Source of the DNA: Callorhinchus milii
Lineage: Eukaryota
Direction: 5' to 3'
Length of the DNA: 64,000 nt
NCBI RefSeq assembly: GCF_018977255.1
Contig: NW_024704742.1
Span: forward strand, 79,548,001 to 79,612,000
The position numbers and the translations under genes are program-made. Of the stretch, positions 1 to 12,816 are shown piece by piece. Position 1 is the first letter of the stretch, and every line of letters begins with the position of its first letter. Below the pieces are notes generated by a model, which was not told the DNA's origin, did no database searches, and worked only from the letters and a program-made list of their open reading frames with translations.

Positions 1-189
1 CTCTTGCTCCCATTCTGTGTATATTAAGTGATTTGAGCTATGCAAGTTTTGCAATACAAGTGAAATGCATTGTTTTTGTTTCTAAAATGAGTATGGAACA
101 TGGCAGTGAAGCGTTTGCTTGTAAATGGGAACATTTTCTCAAGCTTCAGTGGATATGTTCCTTCAGTCATTTAATGTGGCTTGCCTACT

Positions 190-460
190 AAATAATAACA
201 ATCCTTAAATTTGATATAGTGCCTTTCACGTTGTAAGGACGTCTCAAAGTGCTTCACATGGTCTATTGTAACGTGGCGTAAATGTGTGTTTTGTGGACGA
301 ATCCAGCAGCCATTTGCCTACAGCAATATCACACAAGCCATGAAGCCATAAAACTTAGCCAGGAAACTGGGAGAAATTCCCTTCTCGTTTTGAAAACTGT
401 CATGTGACTTTTAACATCCACCTGAACAGGCAGATAGGGTGACCAGGATCTTAATTTAAT
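190..460 (-). mobile_element. Deu-domain SINE, 3' portion (degenerate)
   Basis: Reverse strand carries the (ATT)n tail, the L2-like 3' stem-loop and a Deu block (ATCTGCCTGTTCAGGTGGATGTTAAAAG); matches the 17572-18003 copy. Confidence 0.7.
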
Positions 461-1239
461 GTTTAATTTAATGATTGTATAAAGTGATTATTTTAATATT
501 GAAGGGGTTGTACTAATGCTCAGTTATTAAATGATGTGAATATTTATTGTCATCCCATCATGCGTCCATTGAAAGTGCTGTTAAGAGCAGGTACAGTGCT
601 TTGTAGGAGAAACACAGTGTCAGCTGTAATGCTGACTGCTGCCAGGGAAGCATTCTACATCATCTTCAGCACTCATCCATTTAATACACTCAAGTGCTTA
701 AGCCAGCTAAAAGGGAAACAGATTGGTCAGCTCATGAATTCCATTCCCCATACATCACCAGCTCTTCATACTGAACCACACTGCTTTGGTGTCTCTTGAG
801 AGGACATTCTCCTGTTTTACTGATTCGCATTCCTACACTGCAAACATCTTGGCTTTCAGGTCGTACTGGTATAACAGTCAACACTTTCATAATTAAAATC
901 TTAAACAACATTTTCCTCTCTCTATTTCTATCCCCTCCTTCCCTAAATAGAGCTGAAAGAAACAGGAAAATTCCATTCAGCTGGATGATGTGAGGCTATG
1001 ATGGGAAATCCTGGTAACTAAATGCCAACTTCAATAAAGGCAACACATGCAAAGCAGAACAGAATTTTTACCTGACTGTGGGGTATGGTCACACAGTTGT
1101 TAGTAACACTTTGATAATTGCCTCCAAGTGCCCATTCTTCAGGTGTAACTGTAGTAGGTTAAGGTCTCCATAACACTTTTCATCTGATGTTTAAAACTGT
1201 TCAAAAACCACATCCTGCCCCTCCCTTAGACAATGAATG

Positions 1240-1388
1240 TCAAAGCTAATAAAACCCTTCCTGCTGCCACACTGGCTAAGATCAGATATCTTTACATAGA
1301 GCAGGGATTGAACCTTCTTCCCTAATGATCCACACGGCTCATAATCATACACGGCAGTGATTTAATCAACTGAGCATCGATGGGGGGA
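1240..1388 (-). mobile_element. Ancient tRNA-derived SINE head, family unassigned
   Basis: Reverse strand shows A-box-like GCTCAGTTG and B-box GGTTCAATCC; similar to 39570-39920. Confidence 0.4.
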
Positions 1389-3009
1389 GTGGTCCTGTCA
1401 GCCACTGACTGACAAATTAAATAATTTATAAATAATTGATTCAATTTGTTAATGTTTGATATTAGCTTTGGATATTACATGATCATTGCTGACAGTCGTA
1501 TATCAAGTCGCCAGCAGGCAACTAATCCTGACTCTTGTCTATTTGTCACCTTCCCCTTTCTCCGTTGGTTGGTGACTAATCCAGCCACCATGAAACACTT
1601 CAACGTGTTATTCTGTGTTAAGGGCACTATATAAATGTGAATTCTTGTTGTTGTCAAACCGTCTCTCGAATTGCTCTGCCAGCTTAAAGGTCAGGGGCTG
1701 GTATAGGTGGTTTCATGTACAGCCTTTGTGACAGAGTTGGGGAGAACACATCATAGAGTAGGCGACTGGTGACAATTAACAACACCAGATGGCAATTTAA
1801 CCACAATATGTTTTATAGGGACATTTATGTTCTGTGAGGTAGGATGCCGAAAAAAACAATAGAACAGTCTGCTGTGTGTAACACAGACAGACTGAAATGC
1901 TGAGTTAAGCCCAAGGAAAATGAATGTTGCAGTATACATATTTCAGTACTTCCAGTTTATTCCCCAGTAGGCAACTTATGTGGAAAGCTAATATTCCTAT
2001 GTATTCTGCCTCAACAACAACAAATAAAGACTGATTGATTGACTGATTCTAGATATCAGTCTCCCGGGACATGACTCTGTACCCATTCTGAAAATCTTGT
2101 CAAAATCTCGCTACCATTCTAATAATGAACTGCAGTAGGAGCTTCCTTTAGCTGCTCCTCACCATTCAATGGATGACTTGATGCAGCTCCTGCAGAGAGC
2201 TTGTCTTCCATCTTCATGCAGCAGTAGTACAACATGAAGACCCATGGCTGGACCTGCACAGTAGCGCGAAGCAAGTTGTAAAAACCATCATAGTTTAAAT
2301 TCAATAAAATGAATTAGCAATTACAGCTACATTTAATGGTTATATATTTAATACATACATTAAATATATTATATCTATTGCATTTACTTTACAGTAAAGC
2401 ACTTGAGACATCCTCCCATTCTGAAAGGTGCTCTACCAAATATAAGGATTATTATTATTACCACATAACATACCTGGATTGTATTATTTCAATGGAATGT
2501 CACTTAATAAGCCTCCAGTGATACTATTATTATTGTTCATTCTTCATTGTGGAATTCAACATGTGTCAATTAAATGGAGTAGACTTGTCAGTGATCTGTG
2601 TTATGAAGTTCACTAACAATAATATAAAAAGTACCCGGAAATGGAATAATCCCTGTCCCACCCAATAACAAACCATCAGTATTTCATCTTTCAGATTTAC
2701 TCTGCTTAGAAGAGATGAGCTTTCAAGAGTATCAGATATCGTGCCTGGCATTGATACTGAGAAAGATCAAAGGGTAACATGTACACATGTCGGAGCATTC
2801 TATTAAAATAATAATATAGTAGTCTACTAAAATAATGCGGTAACAATAAGATTTCTTGCAACATAAGTACATAGAATTTTGTAAAACAATAGAAACATAT
2901 TCCATACATAAAAAGCCAGGTGATGATTTGAAATCACAAGATCCATTACTTCCATTGTTAACCTTTAAAAAATGAAGCTTCAAAATTACACCAGGACAGC
3001 AGAAGAGCG

Positions 3010-4374
3010 AATACAAAATACAATACAAAATTATATTTGTAAAGCGCCTTTCACATTGGGAGGACGTCCCAGGGCACTGAACAGACCTGGTTAGGACCCG
3101 AACGGCGGTGGGGGTGGGGAGGTGTTGGGATCAGGGAGGGTGGAGGGCAGATGGGGTAGAAGGGTTGCCGAAGGCATGGCCAAAGAGGATGTCTTGAGGG
3201 ATACCTTGAATGAGGAAAGGAAGGAAGCGAGGCGAAGAGAATATGGAATGGAGTTCCAGAGGATGGGGGCAGAGAGCCTGAAGGCCCGACTGCTGATGTT
3301 GGGAAGGACTGGGCTGGGTACAAGGAGCAGGCTGGAGCCTGCTGAGCAGAGGGAGCAGAGAGGTTGATAAGGGGTTAGCAGGTTGGAGAAATAGGAGAAG
3401 GCAAAGCCATGGGAGTCCTTGAAGGTGAGGGTGAGAATTTTTGAACTCGATCCTCTGAGGGATGGGGAGCCAGTAGAGATGGGTAAGGGTGGGTGTGATG
3501 GGAACACAGAGCCTGGTGCAGGAGAGGACCTGAGCTGCAGAGTTTCTGATGATCTGTAGCTTGTGGAGGGAAGAGTCGGGAAGGCTGACAAGCAGGCCGT
3601 TGGCATAGTTGAGTCTGTTTGTAATGAGGCCATGTATGAAGATTTCAGTGGCCTGAGGGGTGAGGCAGTGTTGGAGTCAGGCAACGCTGCAGAGGTGGGG
3701 AAAGGCAGAACGGGTTCATGGCACGGATGTGGGAGAGTAAGGACAGTTGAAGGTCGAACAAGACGCCTAGGTTCCTGACTGGCTTGGTGAGGTGGATTGT
3801 GCATTCTTGGATGCTGATGCTACCAGTGCTTGAGGTACAGAGGGGCTGGCGCGAGCCAATCAGGAAAGCCTTGGTCTTGCTGACTGACATTCAACTGTAG
3901 AAAGTTAGCTCTCATCCAGGACTTAATATCTGATAGGCAGTCTGTCAGAACTCAGTGATCCTGGCGTCGAAGGTGGAGGGAGAGAGGTAGAGTTGTGTGT
4001 CATCCGCTTACATTTGAAAGTTGACCCCATGTCTGCGGATGAGGCCACCAAGAGGGAGAATGTACAGGTTGAAAAGGAGAGGACTGAGGACAGAGCCCCA
4101 AGGAACACTGCGCAAGACAGTGCGGGGGCTGGAGGGGAAACCATTTGTGGAGAGATAAAATCTGTACCACTCAAGGACAGAACCTTGAAGGTTAAGGTGA
4201 GAGGAGAGGCGGTAGAGGAGCATAGAGTAGTCCACAGTGTCAAAGGCAGCAGAGAAGTCAAGGAGGACGAGGAGACAGAGGGAGCCCTGGTCACAGATGG
4301 ATAGATTGTCATTTGTCACCTTGACCAGGGCTGTTTCTATGCTGTGGGCAGCACGGAAACCCGATTGGAGGGGT
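3010..4374 (-). mobile_element. L2 LINE, 5'-truncated (RT C-terminal half plus 3' UTR)
   Basis: Translation includes LQSGFRAAHSIETALVKVTND, LLDFSAAFDTVD and VPWGSVLSPLLFNLYILPLG; 3' stem-loop; TATTG-type tail; frameshifts and stops present. Confidence 0.93.
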
Positions 4375-4920
4375 TGACAGAAGTGAAACTTGAAGCAGAG
4401 TTTTGTTTTCTTGATGATATAAGCAATTTTGAGGCTTTTGGTGTTCTGTCTATGTAATATTCCTACATTACTGAAGTTGCACAAAAAATTGTATTTTCTT
4501 TTAATTTTTGAATGGTTTTCTCCCCCCTGGAGAGTTAATATAAAGTAGAGAAGTTCTACTATTTTCTCTCATAATTGCTGATGAATTGCAAGGTATAATG
4601 GAGTGGCTTCAGAGATACAATTGGATGGAAGCTATTCCTCTCCATTGACAGTCAATTGATTTCACCTTCGGTGAAGAATTATTGCTAATAGAAAATAATT
4701 AATAAGATTCCCATACTATACAGAATTATGTACAGATAGAGGAGATAAAATAAGAAAAGCTGGCAATTATTTCTTACACAGGCCATCCTTGTGACCTTGC
4801 AGAGTTTGCAAATTCAATACACATTTGTGATAAATTGTGAGCAATTTGATTCTGTGTGCTGCATGAATATCTCAGTGTACAGGTCCTATTGCAAAGCTGC
4901 AAAGTTCTTATCAAAATAAG

Positions 4921-5046
4921 AATAATCTTTGCATTTGATATAGCTCCTTATCACATCGTTGAACGGTCGCAAAGTGCTTTGCAGGATATACTGTAAAGTG
5001 ATGTGACTGTATATATTTTGTGGGTGAAGGTGGCAGCCAATATGTG
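4921..5046 (-). mobile_element. SINE 3' tail fragment (ATT tail)
   Basis: AATAATCTTTGCATTTGATATAG...GGCAGCCAAT matches the 3' end of the other SINE copies. Confidence 0.75.
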
Positions 5047-5352
5047 CAACAACAACAACACTTGGATTTATATAGCGCCCTCCACGCCGGACGGCATCTC
5101 AGAGCGCTTTACAGTAACAAATCCCGGGGCCGAGCCAGGGGGAGGGGGAAGAAGGTGACCAAAGGCGCGGTCGAAAAGAAAGGTCTTCAGAAGGGACCTG
5201 AAAGTAGGAAGAGAGGGGGCAAGGCGAAGGGAGTGAGGAAGGGAATTCCAGAGCCTCAGGGCATAAAGGCTGAAGGCACGGCCACCGAGGGTGGAGTGGA
5301 GGACTTGGGGGATGAGGAGGAGGCCAGACCCAGAGGATCGAAGGCAACGGGC
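5047..5352 (-). mobile_element. L2 LINE 3' fragment, second subfamily, (TTG)n tail
   Basis: CAA repeat, stem-loop variant and G-rich 3' UTR/ORF2 end homologous to the other L2 copies. Confidence 0.85.
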
Positions 5353-5354
5353 AC

Positions 5355-5578
5355 TGTTATTTTCTCCTTTGTCTTCCTTGCCCTGCCTCCTCTCTCTCTG
5401 TTAGCCCTTAAAAGCCTCTCCCTTCCAACATGCCCCAGTTCTGACAAAGGGTCATGGACCCAAAATGTTGACTCACATTCCTTTCTCCATAGATGCTGCC
5501 TGACCTGCTGAGTATTCCCTGTGGCTTCTGTTTTAGTTTCAGATTTCCAGCAACTGCAGTATTTTGGGTTTTGTGATT
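5355..5578 (+). mobile_element. Penelope-like element terminal repeat with degenerate hammerhead motif
   Basis: CTGACAAAGGGTCATGGACCCAAAATGTTGAC...AGATGCTGCCTGACCTGCTGAGTATTCC...TTTCAGATTTCCAGCA matches the chondrichthyan Penelope terminal repeat as I recall it. Confidence 0.7.
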
Positions 5579-6619
5579 ACTCTGTTTGTCTACAATATAC
5601 AGTCACTACAATTTGGAGCACATGTTGTGAAGTACTTAGAGACATCTTTCAAACATGAAAGGCACCATATCAAATAAAAGACTGCTACAAATGTTCAGGG
5701 GGCAGGTGGTACTTCTTGGCATTGCTGGCCCGAGGGCCACAGTCTGGCCATTGGTCTATTGGATGCCATAGGATTTAATGCAGTTTACTTCCTACATCCT
5801 TTCTTTATGTAAGTCCTTCATTTCAGTTATATTTTCCAGTGAACAACAGCAACAAAATTACATTTATAGAATGCCTTTCACTTCAGGTGGACGTCCTAAA
5901 CGCTGAAAGAGTTAAAATGGGATTAAACCGTGGCTGTGGTCTTACAATACCCAAAAAAGATAAGAGAAGCATTATTGCTTTGGATATCTTGTAAAGCACT
6001 GTATGAAGTTTTGGTAAAATTTGGGAACTTTTGTAACTAAAGCAACTTTAAAAAAGACTTGCACTTTTATCCACAAAAGTTCTTTAGTCCATTTTTTTGA
6101 GGAGAAAATGAAATATCCCCAAATAAAGTGAGTGTAACTAAGTTGCTATCGGCACAAGCTGACCCTTTCACTGTTCTTAACCGATCATAAATAGGCTAAG
6201 AAGATAAATAGGTCTCATCTGGAACAATATATATGACATTATATTAAATACAGAATAATGGCTACCTGGAAGCGATCACTCCAGATAATCTCATTTTGCG
6301 GTTTAGGTGACATTATAAACTTTGACAGCAAAGGCTGAAGGCTTTCCAGTCATCAATTGAACTCTGGAGATTTGAATCCCCTTTAGTGGTTGCTAATTCT
6401 TTTCTGGCATCTTAGAGAGTTAATTGGATCATCTTGAATGTGTTTGGGCACCCATCTACCAAATGTCACCATAGTTACAGCATTGATAGGAGCCTTGCAC
6501 CAATAATTTACAGGTGTCTGAAACCCAACATAGTGACACTTAAATGCTACTTCATGACTTATCTCATTTTCTTCCTTTCTCTTTACATCCTTGCTGTCAT
6601 CCCGCACCATATGGTCCTG

Positions 6620-6947
6620 TGGAGTCCAATAGCTGAGTGGTTAGAGCACTCGCTTTGCAAGCAAGAGACCTGAGTTCAATTCCAGGCCGGGCGAAACCTT
6701 GGGCAAGTTTCCTTACTCCACACACCTAATAATAATCCCTCCAAAAACAAAACAAAAAAAAAATTGGTCAGTTTTAATCTACGACTGTTTGTGGGACACT
6801 GCTGTGCGCAATTGGCTGCCACGTTCGCCCACAAATATACAGTCAGTTCACTTTACAGTATAATCTGTAAAGCACTTTGGGACATCTAGAAGATGTGAAA
6901 AGTGCTATATCAAATGCAAGGATTATTATTATTATTATTATTATTAT
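6620..6947 (+). mobile_element. Full-length young tRNA(Ala)-derived SINE (head, CORE-like 5' half, Deu-like 3' part, L2-type tail)
   Basis: A box TAGCTGAGTGG, anticodon arm CTCGCTTTGCAAGC, B box GAGTTCAATTCC, CCTTGGGCAAGT block, (ATT)n tail; several near-identical copies in the window. Confidence 0.9.
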
Positions 6948-7547
6948 ATACTTCATAGTGGTCTCCGTTTGTGCTATCAGTGATGGTAATGGCTTGATCA
7001 ATGGTAAAGTTGACAAAATTCAAGCTAGTTAACTTATTCACAAACTAATACCCAATGCAAATTAGTAGAACAGCAGTTAAAGGGAATTTCATATGACCTG
7101 GTTTTATGAAATGTGAGCCTAAATGAATTCAAAAGTGGTGACCTATTAAGGAAGGCAGTTGTTTATGAAACAATTCAGTTAAAAAAAACTTTCCAGATCA
7201 GTCAATGCTTGAGAATGATGATGACCCTTACACCAGTCATATGCCACAAAAATACCAATCTTCCTCAATAGCAAAGTAATGTTCGGTGATTCCAATAGGC
7301 AATTGATAATTTTAAATAGTGTGTCCTGAGTTTATCCTTCAAACAGATCATAATCCATTGAAGTTGTCCAATGCAATGAAAGGCAAAAAGACAAGCTGAA
7401 TTGAATAGAGTCTTAAGGAAACTGCACAGATCTCAGAGTCAGTGCAGAGGAGAGCAGTGAAGAAGATCTCAACAACAACAACTTGCATTTATATGGTTCC
7501 TCTCACGTTGGGTTGCGACCCAGAGCACTTGAAATTGTTGCATCTCC

Positions 7548-8400
7548 TGTGTTAGAGGATTGAACTGTGAACAATTAGACAAGCTAGGGCTCTTTAGAAT
7601 GGAAAAGAGAAGTATTGGAGGAGCTGTATATTGGTATATAAGATTTTAAATGAAATTGAGAAAGTAAACTGAGAACAATATTTTCAGAAAGCAGAACTTG
7701 AGAATATAAGTTTAATGTCGTAAAGGACAATTCAGGACAGACATCAGACATCAAACCTGTTTTCAGCAGCCACTCAGGGGACTGGACTAAAGCCCCCTAC
7801 TGTAAGGGTGGCCTTTGAGATTTGTTGACCAGGCCCAAGAGGGTTGGTGCTTTGACCAAGCCAGAATATTTTTAAGTTTCTTTGTCCCAAAAATTTCCAA
7901 AGGCCCATCTATAGATTCCCACTCGACTCCTAGCACATTTACTAACATCACCTCACCAGTAAGGTGGGAAGCTGTGGCCCTCATGTGGGCTGCTCAGCAC
8001 GGTGTTGGTAAATACACTAGGACTCTTGCGCCAGTCTACACATGGGCCTGTGGAAATTAGTAATGCATTAAATTAGCAAGTACAATTACGTTCATTTTGA
8101 ACTGGCCGCTGAAAACAATGTCTGCACACCGATAGGGCTAAAAAAAACAGTGGCCACTAGTTGTTTTAGACAAGTAGTTGCTGAATAAAGGTGGTTAATT
8201 TTGTGACATCAGTCGGGACTGTTCCAGGGTGGTTGTTGACAGCAGGTGTTTGCTGAATAGAGGTGGTTGCTTTAACTGGTTTGACTGGATTGTTATACAG
8301 AGAGGGTAATTAATGACTGGAACTAGTTGCCAGGAATGGGGGTTTGACTCACTTAAAAACAACATGATGTTGTGATGGGAAGACAGCAGGGTGGGGTTTT
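7548..8400 (+). mobile_element. Old CR1 LINE 3' fragment split by a DNA transposon
   Basis: Degenerate LDKLGLF..EKR region at 7548-7748 resumes at 8288 (CAGAGAGGGTAATTAATGACTGGAAC). Confidence 0.55.
7749..8287. mobile_element. Non-autonomous Tigger/pogo-like DNA transposon
   Basis: Terminal inverted repeats CA(-)TCAAACCTGTTTTCAGCAGCCAC and GGTGGTTGCTTTAACTGGTTTGACTG; internal subterminal repeats such as TGGCCGCTGAAAACA near 8103. Confidence 0.6.
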
Positions 8401-8699
8401 CTAGAACCCTCTGGGTAAAGAACAAATATAATTGTTTGGTATCTATACATTGTAAAGATAAACCACTGTGTAATTCAGGCAATGCAGTGTTGGTTGACAT
8501 TGCAAGAAGAGTTTCAGTGCTGAGCCAATGTATGATTCACTATTGGATAAGAAGCTTGACATGATCCTGTTGGTCAGTATAGCCTGGACATGTTAAGTTA
8601 GGTCTCCAGTGGATTGCTTTCTGTGCTTAGGAATTCCACTGTATTTGTAAGTTATTATTAATGACAATCAGTGCATTTGAGATCTAAAAGCAAGGGTTT

Positions 8700-9370
8700 C
8701 ATAGAATTTTCTTTTAAAGTATAGTGACTGTGTACTTTGCAGACAAATTTACATACACCAATGCCTCACATACAGCCACAAAATGAATAACCAATTTTAT
8801 CAAACAAATTGTTGGCCAGGACACTGAGAGAAATTCTTCGCTTTTCCAATATTGCCATTGGATCTTTCAGGTCCACCTGAACGGGCAGATGGTATCTCGA
8901 TTCGTAATCTCATCTGAAGAAAAGTACAGTACTACCAAAACACAGAGCACTCTTCCCCAGCACAGGATTTGAGTATCAGCCTGGACTATCAGCTCTAAAA
9001 CCCAATAGATATATTTACTCTACATAATTTTTGGAGTGTCCAGAATGAGACAAATTATTGAATTCAGTCATATTATTGAAACTGGTTTTGAAAATAATTC
9101 TTAAAATCATTTACAGAAACAACAGTGATAACTAAAGAGTGTATTTTAAAAAAATGACAAATTCTGCATGCTCTTAAATACTTCATAAATGGGATAAATG
9201 TAGACCCAGGCAGAATTTCTCCCCATGGATCTGTTATGAAACACAACAAATTTCACTCCATTGTTTCAGGATACGGACACTTGAATTTCTCTTATCTTGA
9301 CAGCTAAACATAGAGTTGTGGGGCTTGAACTAAGAGGCAAGAGTTCTACCAGCTCAGCAAGGCTGACAAC
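8700..9370 (-). mobile_element. Deu-domain SINE interrupted by a MITE
   Basis: Deu block at 8810-9000; tRNA head resumes at about 9310-9370. Confidence 0.6.
9006..9203. mobile_element. Palindromic MITE family A (degenerate copy)
   Basis: Aligns by eye with 35733-35918 and 29855-30019. Confidence 0.55.
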
Positions 9371-10552
9371 CTGGCAGGCTGCTTCAGATGGAAGCATTCT
9401 CAGAGTGTTTTTGGTCCCTTAAGATCAAAGCAAACTCTACATCTACTCTCATTGACCTTCCATGTTATTTTGGGCAATAAAACATGTTGTACTTTTTTGC
9501 TTGAGCTCAATATTGTCATTGTGTTTTAGCTGTGTTCAAATCTGACCCTGACTCTCACAGTCCTTCATGGACCTGGTGGCTGGTCCTTTTGCGGAGGTGG
9601 AACCATGAAATGAGCAATCCATTTTAATTATCGCAATAGTGAAGGGTTGGTAGAGGGACAGTAACGTTTACTATTTCTAATTTGCTTTATCTGCAAAACT
9701 TGGAACAGATGGCTGACTGAGAGAATGGACTGCGCTCTAGACAGTAAGCCTATTGTTATGATAAAGCAACTGTGAATTATTCACTGGATTTCAAGTTCTC
9801 AATCTCATTCACAGGCTGGAGAATTGAAATCCTTATGAGCTTCCCTATTTCCCTGGGTATCTGTTGGAAATACTAAGATAACAGTAACTATTATTTGAAT
9901 GCTATCATTAAACTGAGATCCAGGCAAGTGTATTAGTCTCAAACAGTAATCTGACATATTACCTATATAAATTTCAGCTTCGCCAATTTTTGTAATCAGC
10001 ATTTCTAAATTTTGCTTCAGGGATTTTTATCTTGTAATGAGCCAAATATTATACCCAGACAAGTTATGAGCTTTACAAATTACAAATGTTTATTATTGCA
10101 TAAAACTTTCCCTGCCAGAGGGAAGCCAGCATGACTTACAAATGAAATGATGTGTTCTGCAGAACTACGTACACTAATAAAACTGGTTTTGTCTAAATGC
10201 ATGCCTCTCGAAAACAACCTTTTTTTTCTCCTCAAAGTCAATATTTCCATAAAAATGGAATATGCAGCGCATATTAATTTAATCTTCTCTGGTGTTGTGT
10301 GATCAAGGGTGAAGAATGTCAGCTGACAGAGGGAGGAAAGTTTAATGAGAGTCTTTCTGTTGTTTCTTACAGTTTTCAGTACCCTTCAATTTTGATTCAA
10401 TTTGTTTCACACAGCTTGTTTGGCAAAGAGCTTTCCCAAAGGGACAGTGGTGAAGAGTTCAAAAACTGAACAAAATGTGGATTGCTGAAGAACCTATCAT
10501 AAGATGGATATGATGGACCCTATTCATAAATTTCCACCATGTGATTTTCCCT

Positions 10553-10857
10553 GGCAGGGTGAAACCTTAGGCAAGTTTCCTTACTCCACATGCTTACCTA
10601 GCATTCTGTTTACCTAGCAGTAAGTAGGAACCTGGTTGGTAGTCGATTGGCGGATCACTTTCCGGGGTAATAATCCTTTTTTAAAAAACATTGGTCACTC
10701 TATCCACACTTGTTTGTGGGACATTGCTACACACAATTGGTTGCGACATTTCATCCACAAAATACATAGTCAATTCACTTTATAGTATATTCTGTGAAGC
10801 GCTTTGCGACGTCTCAAAGATATAAGGCCCTATATCAAATGTAAAAATTATTTTAAA
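10553..10857 (+). mobile_element. SINE, older subfamily with complete CORE-like block, head missing
   Basis: CCTTAGGCAAGTTTCCTTACTCCACATGC...TGTTTACCTAGCAGTAAGTAGGAACC followed by the shared 3' part. Confidence 0.8.
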
Positions 10858-10924
10858 AACAGTTATGTTTTAATGCTTCCCCTGCATTTCATTCTCTTTA
10901 ACGGAAGACTTTGGAGGATCCTCC

Positions 10925-11345
10925 ACCAAGAACCCCAATCGTCCAATTCTGATAGACTCAATACTCACTTTTTCCATCCTATTATCAGTGGCTTAGCTTT
11001 CTGCTCTCCAGAATTCTATCCTAAAATCTTCCACTACATTCTCCAATGTGTATCTTCTGATCTTCCAAATTCAGACCTCCTTCCTCACTTCCTTCACCCC
11101 ACAATTATTGGTTGAGCCTTTTCCACTAGACTCCTATCCTCTGGAACTCTATCCTTAAATCCATTTGATTTCACCCTGTTTCCCTTCAAGCCCCTCCGTA
11201 AAACATATTTCATTGGCATTGTATTCAGTTAACATTCTTGAATTTTCCCTCCTCTCCTCTCCGCTTTTGGCTCCGTATTATCTCCCACATTTTTTGCGGT
11301 ATTTGTTCCATGTGAAAGCATTTATATAAACCCAATTTATTACTG
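10925..11345 (+). mobile_element. Old L2 3' fragment
   Basis: C-rich degenerate ORF2 end (CTCTGGAACTCT, CTTCAAGCCCCTCCGTAAAAC) plus tail remnant. Confidence 0.6.
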
Positions 11346-12232
11346 TGGCTACTTACTCGGATTGAGACTGCCTAGAAGCTTCACAAAGGAAAATTAGGTC
11401 AGTCACAGAACTGGTTCTTTAATAACATGAAAAACGCTTGAAACATCCAACTGCCCAAGAGCTTTCTATGGAGCATTTTACAATCAGAGATCAGACAATT
11501 TTCACTTCAGTGCAATTGTACGAGTCAATCTCCCGACGAACCCATTTCCTCACAGTGATCTTAGTAGCCAAGACACCAGTGCAAATTGCTTTGCAAATGT
11601 GTGTTTCACATACGAATGATACTGTGCATTTTGTTGCAACTCGGTATAAAAGTATTAGATGTTATAGACAAAGCTTTTGTTATATCAACTGGAGGGTGAA
11701 TTCAAACCTAAGCTTTGAAGTTGAAACTTCAGTGTCTCATCCACTGCACCACCTATACTGCATTACCATTGCATATTTATTATTAATGTGAGAAATTGCA
11801 CTGTTACTCTTTCTCACTTCAATCACATCAAGCACAATTATTGCAGGTAACTCATACACCTTAGTAGTAGAGCAATGTTCTCTCTACTCCAGCCTCACTG
11901 ACATGCCCCCAAATCATCTAAATAGAATCTTACAGGCAGCAGCAAAAGGTACTTTCATTTAATCGGTCTGGGTTAAAATTGAACTTGGATCCCAGAGGTA
12001 ATAGAATTCTGTGTCAACACATCACGCCATCCAGGTTTATGTCTACTCAACCTGCAATATGAATTTGATATTCTAGAAATTTGCTTGACTCGCTTTGCGA
12101 GTCGAGAAATAATGTTTACAAAATGTACTTTTTGTGGGGGGAGTCTTACTTGTAACCATTGGGTTCTTCTGTCACAACATCGATTAAGTCGGGAGAATAT
12201 ATTGTACACAACTTTCATAAAGGATGATTTGG

Positions 12233-12714
12233 GTGCCAGCCTGGTTCATTTGATACAACTTGTACCTTGGAATCAGAAGGTTGTGGGTCCAAGTGCCACT
12301 TTGGGATTTTGAATCTTATCATTGGATAATCTTATCATTATCATTATCTTATCATTAGATAATCTTATCTCAACTGTAACTCCAATGCAATGCTAGTCAT
12401 GATCTGTATTGTCTGAGATGCTATCCTTCAGATGAGACAATAAATCATTCTCTCTTCTGTCTATTCAGGTGAGCATTTAGATCACATTGCACTATTCAAA
12501 GAGGGGAGGGAGTTTCTCCCTTTGTTCTGGCCAACAATCCTCCAAATACAACTGGTTATTCACTTCATGGCTGTTTGTGAGCTATTGCTGTGTGTGAATT
12601 GGCTGCCTCATTTGCCTACAAAATATGCATTCAATACTTTACAATAAATCCTGTCAAGCTTTAAGATGGCTTCACAATGTGAAAGATGCTATAGAAGATG
12701 CAAGATTATTATAA
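12233..12714 (+). mobile_element. Full-length Deu-domain SINE (SacSINE1/AmnSINE1-like body)
   Basis: tRNA-like head, Deu block, L2-type tail; internal ATCTTATCATT repeat expansion at 12313-12370. Confidence 0.75.
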
Positions 12715-12816
12715 TGTCTTGACTGGCTTTATAATGAGAGTGTAGAAAGCTAGACAATTTGGGAAATGGTAGGTGTAGGAGCAAGATGACCAAAGGCATG
12801 GTCAGAGAGAGAGGTT

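Noticed and set aside
2119..2304. Possible minus-strand exon (TGTGCAG|GTCC...AATG|GTGAGG)
   Set aside because: Weak pyrimidine tract, no recognisable peptide and no partner exons
3091..3804. Long Pro/Ser-rich ORFs here and at 28574-29377
   Set aside because: Alternative or frameshifted frames of C-rich L2 sequence, not host genes
6620..6695. tRNA-Ala gene
   Set aside because: Fused to a SINE body and tail with mutated stems; it is a SINE head
10351..10560. Strong plus-strand acceptor (TCTTTCTGTTGTTTCTTACAG)
   Set aside because: No convincing donor or open frame downstream
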